From contig JBHGNT010000011.1 of NCBI GenBank assembly GCA_043228905.1, positions 15,872,001-15,936,000 on the forward strand: DNA of 64,000 nucleotides, written 5' to 3'. The position numbers were made by a program, and so were the translations under genes. Shown one piece after another: positions 25,901 to 37,600 of this stretch. How positions within the stretch are numbered: position 1 is the first letter of the stretch; every line of letters begins with the position of its first letter. Source of the stretch: Azolla caroliniana. Lineage: Eukaryota; Plantae; Polypodiophyta. Below the pieces are notes generated by a model, which worked only from the letters and a program-made list of their open reading frames with translations, did no database searches and was not told where the DNA came from.

Positions 25901-28900
25901 GTGGAATTCTTATCAACTTGGTGTCCGATATTATTTTTGGAATCTCTGAATCTGGCTTGGATATTATACTTCCTGGCATTAAATGCGATGGAAATATTTC
26001 TAGGAAAGCCCTCACCAATGCATCAGCAAACTTGGGATCATTTATATGATAAGGGAGCCTTCTAACCTGTCATGAATAGTTCATAGAGAAATGATCAAAT
26101 TGACAATCAACTGATATTAAATTTAAGAAAAATTTGAGAAATGAATAATTCATTGCAAGCTCAAATATCAAACTTACATCTCTTTCAGCGGTTTTTTCTA
26201 TAACGTTCTCAAGCTCTACAAGTAGAGAACTTGTGGCATCTTTATCATAAAAGGGTTTATCAAAACAATCAAGTGCAGAAATGCCCTTTTCTGGTAGAAG
26301 TACTCGAATTGGAGCAGCTGAGAGATTTATTTTGTTTGCAATAAACCGAGCAGCTTCCTTGTTTTCTTCAACTGTTGTTCTCATTAATGTAACCTTAGTC
26401 AAAATAAAGAAAACATCAAGATAATGGATATAATTAAATTTGACCTGGATTTAATTGAGAGTTGGAAAGAAGGAAAGATATACTAATGCCTCGAAAAGAC
26501 CATAATGGCTTGAGAAATAACAAAGATTACAACTGTTTATGTTGTTCAGATAACAAGCTGAACCATCCACATTGAGTGTGAACACAGGCTTGGGAAATAC
26601 ATGTGCACTGGAGACCACCTCTCTTGTCATACCTTAAGAATGTAACCTTCCTTGCCATATGTAAAGAATAACTCCCATAAAGAAAATAAATCCCACCCAC
26701 TCTCATTGTGACAAGGAGTGAGAAGGTAGTTACAAAGTAGTGAGAAGGTGGAACTATGTAAACCAAGTTGCTCTTTTGTATAAAGTGTTGATTACATATC
26801 AATTAGTAGTCAATTAGCTTTTGAGTTAAGTCTTTCCTGTAATCTTCCCACATTTGTTATTATAAGCTCTTAATCTTTGGTACACTGTCTTTCTACCTCT
26901 TTCTATTAGAGAGAAGTATGCTACTCTCTATGCAAATTCCACCACCATTTGACAAATGATGGAGAAGGCCGACCCATAACAGTTTGGCCATTTGTTGCTC
27001 GACCTTCAAGCATACGGGGTGCATTGATAATCTTACATCATTGATTTCTTCCATTGCTCTTTACCTCCATTAATATCCTGCCAAGGAGTCACCATCGAAC
27101 GAGAAGAAGAATACCGGAGTCTCCGTTGATGGTATGGCACATGTGCCATACCATCACCAGATCATGACTCACAATGTTTGATCCACACAAGGATGCCCAG
27201 ATGCACTTGTCAATGTTTACTGGAATTTGCATTGAGCTAGGAAAGACGATCTTTTCACTGTCAATATTGACAAGTGCTACTTGTCAATGCCCAAATGCTA
27301 CAATGTCTTTGGTTCACAGTAAACCTAGGAAAGACGATGTCATGATCTTCTACACATCTGTGCCAAGTCATCAACAAGCTGTCTTCAGCCTATCAGGATG
27401 TCGTTGAAATAGTGGATTCCTATGTATATCTAAGAGTCGCATTTACAAGCACAAGTGGGCACTTCTCTATGACCCAAGCTGCAACAGATAAACTGATTTG
27501 ACGATATGCAGCTCTTTCAATGCTAGAACGACAGTACAACCAGGCTCACTTCCAAGAGCCTGGTACCAAAGTATGATTATTCAACACCATGGTCACCCCT
27601 GCCCTCATGTGTGGTGTACACATATGGGCTTCAAGGTTCCCCACGAACATGTGGACTCAAATAGGGCATCCTTTAGTCCTGATGTTGCCATTGATGATAT
27701 GTAGCAAACCATCTACCCCACACGAGACTGAATTGACAGCACCCCTATGATGGTAGAATGTTCTTAAACATAAAAAATCCATGGTAGAATGCAGCCTAGC
27801 TAGATGCCTAAACATGTATACACAACATCATTAAAATAGTGATGCCAGATTCCTGGTACAAAAGTAGCTACTGAAATTTCTTGCCACTTGGTCAAAATTT
27901 TCAAATAAGACTTCCAATAATATTTCCAATCATGTTTACCTGATCATTGTGAACAAATAGCTTCCTATGTGCAAATTTGGCAGGAACCGTATTCCTGCTC
28001 CCAAAATTAACCATATCTAGTGCTCCAACACTCAAGACCACTGGAATTTTCTGGTCTATCGCTGCCTCAAAACGATTGCTATCACAAGGCATCACGCCAC
28101 CAACCACATGATCTGCCACTTCAGTGGTGGTAATGTCCAAGATTCCCTATCAATAAAGAAATCAGCCAATATTGAGCAGAGCACCATAAATTCTTACAAC
28201 ATATTTTACTCAAAAGTGTTAAGTGATCTTTGGTAACACCCACATTGGATTATATGCCTAAAACTCATAACTTTTAGTGATGGAGATCTTAGGCACCAAC
28301 TCACATTCGATCAGAAAACCATTTTCCAATGGTAACATTCTGGACAGTTGATCTGATTGTTCAAGATCTTGACCACTATAAAAATATCAAGAGTTCAACT
28401 CCTGGACCCATCCCAAATTCCACAAATAACATTCTGACATGTAATAGAGAAAACGTGCCACTCCTAGACACTACTAATTTTGATTAACAAGCAATAATCT
28501 TGATTAACTCTGAAAGTTGTGAATATAATACCTGCAAGAAGCCTTGCCTTATGAGACTCTCCATGGCTTTTCCTCCAGCACCAGTAGCATGAAATACAAG
28601 TGTCTCGAAACCTGTTGATTCCAATTTTTGTCGTACTGCATCCACACATGGGGTGGTCACTCCAAACATAGTTAACCCCACGGTTGGGCGTTCTACTCGT
28701 CTCTTCTCACCATTAGTTGCATCCAAAGCATTGGATGCTTTGGATGCAACCATACCGGCCAGTGCTGATGCGGCATTGGAAAAGATGGCCTTACTAACAC
28801 TATTAAGGCCAGCTATGTCTACCACCGATGGTAGCAGGATTAAATCCGATGTGCCTATATATGGTGACGTATTCCCACTAGCAATCGTAGATACTAAAAC

Positions 28901-29935
28901 TTTGGGAAATCCCAAGGGTAGAGCACGTAAAGCTGGTGCAATTAATGACGTACCACAACTTCCACCTATGCCAATTGCCCCTACTAATTCAGCTTTCTTG
29001 TAATATGATTGCAAGTAATGCTCCAGAGCAGTGCTCAAAATAGATAAAGCTGAAGTTTTGTCACTTGGAAGAGACAAAAGTGACTTCCTTGAAGGAACTG
29101 GGTGATGTTGAAGAACTTCTTCCACACTAACAATATTTGCTCCAGTTGTGGACTCCGATTTGTCATGAAACTTTGTTGATACATCAATAATTGTAATCTT
29201 TATCTGTCATACAGGGATTAAACAATCATGGTTAAATTCAACAATCAATGTATACAGGCATAAAACAATCAGCATATACAAGTATAATGATTTTTTATGA
29301 TGCATTGACTTTTGATGCCACGTACTATTCCATAATTAAAATAATTGCATTCTTTCTTGTGAAAAAGAAAGGACATTGAGATGAAATCCTATACCCATTT
29401 CACATGACACTCTGTGAAGACATCAACAATTTTAGTCATCATCTGCTGTAGTTATGATAGAAAATACACTAAACAATCATGATAATGAATTAGATTCGTG
29501 TATATCAATGTGCATTGCAAATATAAATACCTATCATGTATCTCATGCAACTATACCTACACGCAATCTTTGGCATGCCATTGACATGTTCGATAAATCT
29601 CACTGTATGAATCTTATCAACAGGAAAGCAATTACTTCTTTATGGTATTCAAGGTGTGAGCAAACAAGAACAAGGAATTTATCAGAAACAAAAATACATT
29701 TAAAACGGGAACACATACAAACAGATTATCAAAGTAAAGGAATAAATAAAGATTTTTCGAAAAATCGAGAGAAGGAAGAGAAAAGGGGAAATGTAGTAGT
29801 ATGTATCGATTAGTTTAAGATTTTTACCGGATGCTGTGAAAGGAATCTGTGCAGAGATGAGGCAATGGCGTCGGAGAGGAAATGCAGCTCATTTCCTTTG
29901 GTGTCGAGAGTGCCAATAACAGCGAGAGTGGCCAT
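22924..29935 (-). CDS. Tm-1: Tm-1-like protein (N-terminal UPF0261 ATP-binding domain + C-terminal TIM-barrel signal transduction domain)
   Basis: Nine exons: 29935-29828, 29203-28532, 28146-27940, 26393-26178, 26066-25877, 25373-25126, 25025-24847, 24097-23844 and 23087-22924. Motifs include [92 protein letters not shown] and [12 protein letters not shown]. Confidence 0.95.
27170..27720 (+). mobile_element. RTE-like LINE RT/thumb remnant in Tm-1 intron 3
   Basis: Degenerate motifs TVNLGKT..VMIF and [13 protein letters not shown], with stops and frameshifts. Confidence 0.45.
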
Positions 29936-30059
29936 GGGAGCGTCAAGCGAATCAGAAGGGAGAGCCAAGCCCTGGGAGGAACAGACAGAGAGATGAACGC
30001 ATGGATCTAGATGTGTGCGAGTGCGTGTGCATCCATCCAACTTACGACATCTCTGTCTC

Positions 30060-30310
30060 TTCTGCTTCAATTCTTCACTCATTCATTTTCTTCTTCCACA
30101 AATAGTAGTAAATATTACTACACACTATTACTTCTTCTTCTTCCTCTTCTTCTTCTACAAGTAGTAAGTAGTAAATACTACTACCACTATGTTGTACTTC
30201 TTCTTCTTCTTCTTCTTCTTCTACAAATATGTCCTACCACCACTACCACTACTTGCTACTTCTACTACTACTACTACTAATGTTGCTGCTACTTCTGCTG
30301 TTGCCGCCTC
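30060..30310. repeat. Compound (CTT)n/(CTA)n microsatellite upstream of Tm-1
   Basis: Directly visible trinucleotide tracts. Confidence 0.9.
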
Positions 30311-30934
30311 TTTCTACCTTTCTTCTCCGAATCAAATAAAGCAATTGTGATAGTTTGTTTCGCAAAACTATGGAGTCACAAATGACTTGAACCTTGTACT
30401 TCGGACCATCGGCAAGTTTGAACTCGAGGTGATGGAGGAACAACCCAATCTAGAGTAGCTAGCACGATGCTTACACTTTTTTATCCTCTCTAACAATTTT
30501 TTTATTCTTTTTTTGAAAAAATATTCTCCATTGGTATTAAAATTAAAGTGGCCAAAGGCAATATACAAAAACGGTCCAATAGTCCAATCTTTCTAGGTAA
30601 AAATAATTACATTTCGCGCACCCTCAAGTTGCATTCTCTCATAAAGCTTGAGAGCTTCATCTCCATTTCCATGCTCAACATATCATATCCAATAAATCAG
30701 TGTCGATAACTAGATCTCTTTCTAATATTCCCACTCTTGCAATGATAACACGTATTTCTATCTGCAGCTTGCACGCTTCCACAAACTTTCAACATGGAAA
30801 CAAATGCTTAAGATGTGTAGGAGAACTGCCATCTCTGGTTCAACTTCAATCTTGCCCTTATTATCCAACAAAAGTAATCTTATATTAGATGTTAAATGCA
30901 TGAATTCTACCATGTCAACTGATCTGATCTTAAA

Positions 30935-31200
30935 TCACCATCAAGAAGGAAGAATGTTATAGCAAGATAACGACAGTGTTTTCCATTAGAACATGTGCAT
31001 TTTAATGCACAACCTTTTTTTTTTCTACTCAGCTTAAAAAGACTCATTAAAACATTATTGTGTTGTAAAGCAAGGTATAACAGTGCACAAGTTTGGGGAT
31101 CCTTTTTAGACAAATATTGCACTCTAGCTAGCTTCTCCATCCTTGCACGTAGCAGACCAACATCGGTTAACCAAAAACCGATTCCCAATGATCGCACGAC
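30935..31200 (-). pseudogene. Fragment of a RAVE subunit Rav1/DMXL (rabconnectin-3) gene
   Basis: MRSLGIGFWLTD...LRARMEKLARVQYL.KKDP..CALLYLAL....VL..LFKLS, then with frameshifts ALKNAHVLM.KH...LA..FFLL.GD, matches the Rav1p_C domain. It carries an internal deletion and no flanking exons. Confidence 0.75.
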
Positions 31201-31389
31201 CTGTCATTCGTGTTTATGTAGATGCACTCAATATGAAAGGTCACATCTCTGTCGAAAGCCATGGTCCCTTTCAATTGTTCTTGGACTGCTATAAACATAT
31301 GTATGTCCCAAAGCATTAGTAATAATAGTTATACATGAGCACATGCCTCATGTCAGTGGAGGAAATACCTAGCGTGGTGGTTGATACAT

Positions 31390-32900
31390 TCAACGTATAC
31401 CACCATTAACCATGTAGAATACCTTCATCCTTTCCCATCTCTTCTTAAAAACCTCTTGCTTTCGAAAGACTACATCTAAATCACCTTTGATAGCATCATA
31501 TTCTCCTTTTAGTGTATCTCCTCGACTACATCTGCAACATTCCATTGAATTTGCTAAAATATCCTTTGACATCTACTAGTCTACGAAACCCATATGATTA
31601 TTTAACTAATCGTCTCCCAAACCACTCCATTTTGTATTGAATTAATAGGCATACATGGCGACACTTCCTCAACATATCAACCTCTTGTATATAATGCAAA
31701 GTTAACCTTTTCTTTTTCGTAATCTTGTACCTCGCCCTTAATATCAAACCACATCACTGCCCCCCATTTATATACTTTAGAGCCATAAACCTCATGCAAG
31801 AGATGTAAAAACCTTTTCAAAACCAATTTGGCAACCATACATGACCAAAATAGGTGATGATGCGACTCCACTTCTAACCCACAAAAATCACACATCTTAT
31901 CCACATCTTTACAATACATCCAAAACTAACAAGAACCGCATAATGAACAATCAACCATCTAAATTGAAGGGAAAAGTACCAGGATACCCCTAGAAGTTCG
32001 TCTATTTACTAGAATGCCCCTGGAAGTTCCAAATTTACCAAACTACCCCTATGTCCAAAAAATCACACTTTATAAAGTAATTATACACTCAAATCTTTGA
32101 TACATAGGGCTAATCCAAGGTCCATTTCTTCCATCTTTGGTAAATAGGGCTTGTAGATTTGAGTGTATAATTACTTTATAAAGTGTGATTTTTTGGACAT
32201 AGGGGGTAGTTTAGTAAATTTGGAACTTCCAGGGGCATTTTGGTAAATAGACGAACTTCGAAGGGTATCCTGGTACTTTTCCTTAAATAGAATAATATTC
32301 TTTGGAATTTGCATATCCCACAACCATTTCCAAAATGTTGTCATGTGAGTAGGATCAACATTATAAGTCAACCATGTTGTAGTTGTTGTTGGCCAATTGG
32401 GTATCCTACGTCTTGTCGTCTCCCTCCTCGATTGAACGGAATATTGAAAAAACAGAATCATTCTAACATCCTCCCTAGAATACGATGTAGGTAGCCACTG
32501 CCATTCTCGTGAGTCCCATTCCAATTCACATAATGGTATCCTCTATAACAATTAAACAATTGCTATTTGAAAAGGCCTTTCTTCCTATTTAAAATAAATT
32601 AAAATTCTGCAAATTTTCATGTTCCTTGTTGGACAACTAACACAAGTGTTCTATTAAAATTAGTAATATTATCCCTCATTGAGAAGCAAAGGTGACAATA
32701 GCAAATGCATCCAATGTAGAGCCTTCCTAAGTATTTCTCTTTCCACCGGAGAAGATTAGAAGCATCTCGAGGTTTTGTGATCAACACACAACTTTCTTCT
32801 TCATCAACAACCAACTGAAAATGATGGGGCTAGTTTGCATTCTATGCACGATTGGAAGAAGGCTCTAAACTATGGCTAATAGCAGTTCACCTAATTCCTA
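31390..32900 (-). mobile_element. L1-type LINE ORF2 C-terminal (zf-RVT) remnant, interrupted by a MITE
   Basis: TTFWKWLWDMQIPKNIILF|RWLIVH resumes across the MITE. CDFCGLEVESHHHLFWSC is the CCHC zinc knuckle. Confidence 0.75.
31969..32283. mobile_element. Mutator-like MITE, ~130-bp TIRs, 9-bp TSD
   Basis: gggaaaagtaccaggatacccc...ttatacactcaaatct is inverted as agatttgagtgtataa...gggtatcctggtacttttcct. The TSDs are taaattgaa (31960-31968) and taaatagaa (32284-32292). Confidence 0.9.
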
Positions 32901-33154
32901 ATACTTACACATTTTCTTTGGAAGCATAGACAAAACCAAGAAAATTACACGTGTCAAGTGGTGGTTACACCCAACGTATAAGGAGCGTGGGAAGTCCTTT
33001 GTAATTATTTTTTTAGGTCATTTTGGTAAGTTTTTTTTTTCCAAAAAACATAGAGGTAAGTTTTTTGTTAATCAAGGACAATTAAAATGTCTTCATAATG
33101 ACAAGGGATTGAGTTTCCTCACCGTTGAATATAAAGAGAGGTTTTAATATCTAG

Positions 33155-33188
<34 letters not shown>

Positions 33189-34607
33189 AAGGAGTTTGTT
33201 TCTATATCGTGGTCATTGGAGATCAAATATGGCTCATGGGGCCAAACTAAAGCATATTCATGTAGTGTGTGTGTGTGGGTGTTGTAAACCGATTCTCAAT
33301 GTGGTTGAGATTCAAGAAATTTGGTTATGCATGTTACAAATTACAATCGAGACAAAGTGAGTACCACAAAATGTTATGATAAAAAATGTAACTAGATTTT
33401 CACAAAAGCATCAAATCACTTTATATTATTCATAAATACTAAGAAGTTAGAATCAAGAGACAAAATACAAAGATATTCCTTACCTAATCTTGTTTTTGTT
33501 AAATCACGACAAAATAGGTGCCATCTATGATAGTTTTTCTCCCTATAAAGTATCCCTCTACTTGAAATTAACATTGAAACAAAGAGCCTAAGATTTTAAC
33601 TATATATTACTCACTTCTAAATGTGACCTTCAAAGCTGAACAACTTTGCACAACCCCATTGGTAATAACACATTTGAGCACATAATTCCTGGATTTAAGA
33701 TAATAGTTTAGTGCTTGCTTCTTACGAAGTCGATAATAAGTTCAAACTAGAGAGAGTAAGGTTTCTTGGAAGCACCCATGCCTTCAATTGGCATTTCACT
33801 CTTGTTCAACATTCAAATTTTTGTCTCTCCCTCATGCGACATCCATTTTGGGTCATTTTGTCTTGCTGGTTTTAGATCAAAACTCAATTAGATTGGCCAA
33901 GAACATTGTCTAGGAGCATGATCTAGGTCTAAAACTCCCAGAAGCCAACACTTTGAGACGTCTTTCGAAACTTTTGGTTCATCAATATTCTTCTTGCATT
34001 ATATGGTACAATGTTTTGTAACTACTTATTTTATTAATTCATTCTTATTCTCTTCCATGTTACAATGTTTTGTAACTAGTTCTTATGCTCATTCTTTCTC
34101 CTCCTCTCCCATGTACACCTCACGACTCTCGTCCATTATTAGTTCTTTTCATTATCTCCTCTCTCTTATAAATTGATCTATCATGAGCATGGTTTTGTAT
34201 TAATCCTTTGTATGCTCTCATCATAAAGGAAAGTCTATACAAAAACTTTTCAATGCATTTGATGGCCTCTTTGAGTACAACAACTATTCAATGTACAAAG
34301 ATAAAGTCTATTTTGTAGGTTATACTTACAAATGGTGTTGGTTATTCATATCTAATTTATATTTTGCACGTCATGCTAAGGTATAATAACTACATTTTCA
34401 TACTAAGGGATATAGTTAAATGCCACTTTTGATATTCTGTATAAAAGTGTTTCAATGTATTCTACATACAAAATAGATTTAAGAGAGTGAAAAGAGTAGT
34501 TTAATAATAACTTGAGATACAACTAAACCAACATGCGTTGATTTAACTGTCTCATTCCTTACACATAATTCCGTTTGATGAATTTTGATTTTACCATCAC
34601 GATCAAG

Positions 34608-37600
34608 TTAACAAAAAAGATCAGCTAACTCTAAGTTGACATCTTTTTCATTGGGTGTTGTGTCTAGTTGTAAGGATGCAACCTCTGTATTATCAATCGA
34701 AGACATATCCACGTTCTCACTAAATGACCCTTCTTGAATGTCTTCACCGAGACTAAATGATGGATTCATACTCTCAACGTGATTAGTTGGAGAGGGGTTT
34801 GAAATCTTTAAAGGTGACAAAAACATATGAGTATTAGTAACAATACCAAGTATCTATATCATAGTTTAGCACTTTATGGAGATTTCGGTTACCTTATGCA
34901 TACACATATTTTATACAAAATGACTCACTATATAAACATATTTTGGAAAGAGAAAATATGCAATTGGCGAAACAACATTTTAAACCTACCTTTGATCTCA
35001 ATGCCTCATTTTCCCTTTGCAAAAGTTTCTCCTGGACAATAAAAAAAGCTTTCTATTATATTAATGTGACCTTTAAACATACCAAGGTAGGTCAATTTTG
35101 TTAGAAAATTTGAGTGAAGGAAACTTTAAGACATATTCATGCTACAAATATATAATAATTAAAATTGTCATGATAAACATGGATAGCATACATTGCTTGA
35201 AAGCAAATAGAAAAAGAAATGTACATAAGCTAGATAGATATAATAGTGCAATATCAAAACGTTTTTAGGAAATACCTCCTCAATAGCCATAGGTTTGACC
35301 ACTTTCAACACAAATTGTAAACTTGATACACTTCCATCAAAAGTAATGTGCATAAGTAATGCTACTTCCAAGTGAATAAATCGTGAAAAGTAACCCAAGC
35401 TATCTATCACCTTAGACTTGATTTAAGAGTGTTCATTTATATAATGATTCTAGATACTTTTATACCAAGCTTAGATGAGAATTTATTCCAATTTACTTAA
35501 GAACTTACCCACTCAAGTTATACGTCAAAGCCCAAAAAGCACTCGAAGACCATTCTAATCGTTGCAATGTCATCACATGGTCTGCAATAATCTCTGGGTA
35601 TGCTTGAGAAAGCATCATCTTCAAGATGTGGTATCTAGATGTGGTATGCTTGAGAAAGCAAGAAAAGTACTGGAAGAGCTTCATCTTTGAGATGTGGTAT
35701 CTAGATGTGGTATGCTTGAGAAAGCAAGTAAAGTACTAGAAGAGCTTCATCTTCAAGATGTGATTGCTTGGTCAGCTCTTCTTGTTGGCCATGCTCAACA
35801 AAGTCAAGGACATGAAGCCCTGAAGTGTCTCAAACACATGGAAAGTGAGGGCTTATCTCTTGACAAGATAACTTTATTATGTGTGCTGAGTGCATGTGCT
35901 CACTCTGGGCTCATTTATCAAACTCAACTTTTCTATTTATAGTGATTTTATAATACCAGGGCGTATCTTTTATCTTAAAAAAAAGAAAAAAGAAAGTTAT
36001 ACGTCACAAATTTTATGGCCCCTAAATGTTGTTTGATAGAATCCTATAAGCTAGTATGGTCCTATGTTAAAGACTAAATGAACAAGGTCATGAAGCCATT
36101 GAGTGCCATGTGTGTATGCAAATATCTAGGGGTACCCGGACATAACTTAAAAGGTTAAAGGTGATGTTTTGTGGAGGACAAATATTTGGAGGCTTCGCAT
36201 TAGTGGGGCATGTTTGAAGGGTAATCAATAGTTGGGAGATATTGCGACCATTATTCCCATCCTCAAAATTAAAACATTGGTGGTAAAAAATGGTAGATAA
36301 GACAAGGGATACTAATTAAAAAATCCCTCGTGCGATCTTGATTTTGCATGTTGAATAGCTAGACATCTCACTTGTTCCTAACCACAATGAATATAGGATC
36401 TTACACCAAAACAAGCAACTTTAGCCAACAGTTCCACACCCCATAATATTGGACCATTCCTAATGGACCAAGAATGGTGGTGATCACTCTATAAAGAGAA
36501 TGGTGGCCAAGCATCCAATTTGTATGTTCGTCTCACCTCCCTCCCACTTACATCATAATCCTCTCACAAAGGTGAATGTTGGACTTTCATACTAATAACG
36601 CCCATTTAGATATCTTTAGACATAAAATATTGGCCCCATTTTAATTATTGAATTTCATAACAAGGGATGGAATACCAAGCTTCCCTAATAGCTTTAATAA
36701 CAAGAGAAACAAGAAATTGTAAATTCAACATAAAAACATTTACTTGTTTTTTTTAAGTTTCTCAAAATATAATTGTGACTTGTTTAGAAGAAATGAAGAT
36801 AGTATGAGGTGTTCCGAAAGTCACACATGGACAAAAGTGAGAATTTTGATGGGTTGGTTGTGGAGATTGCTATTATTGGTAGTAAGAATATTGTTGGGCA
36901 TGATAGTTCACTCTAGGTGATTGGCAAGGCCATTGCCATGATAGGGTACTTCATACAAAGGGAAGGATAGGGATGATTATGTATCCATCTTACACTAACG
37001 ACTATATTGGCATTAGGGAGAGGGAGGTGAACCATTCCTAGATAGGTACATCATGACTAGTCAAAGCTTTTGATGATATATCTTCGCGTAACAATAGACA
37101 AGAATGGTATTATTGTGGGTATCATGTCTATGAGGTTGGCTTGTAGGTGCTCCAGCATGATGTGATTGTGGCAACACTCAACACTACATTGACTCATGTT
37201 CTTACAACATTTGTACACTATTAGTTCCCACAATAACATTGGATGTTGAATAATCGAAATGATAACTTAATCCTTGGAAATAATTTCCTAAAATGCCCAA
37301 TGAGGCAAGCTACAAACCACATGGATTTGGGATTTTGCTAATGTGGTTGAGGTTGTTCCATTGTTTCATCTCCAAGCATGAATTTGAAGAACCAAGAGTA
37401 AAGTCAAGGGCAATAGTACAGAAAACAAGTTGAAGAGAAAGCTGATTAGAAAACCCTTCTCTTCAATGACTTTAATGAAATGATTATAAGGTTCCCAGAC
37501 TTCTAACAATGAAAATTCCATCACAAGTTGGATAGAACTATCGGATGCATGGGGAATCAAAATAGATCACAAAGAAGAGGGTGACAATGTCATGGAGTTT

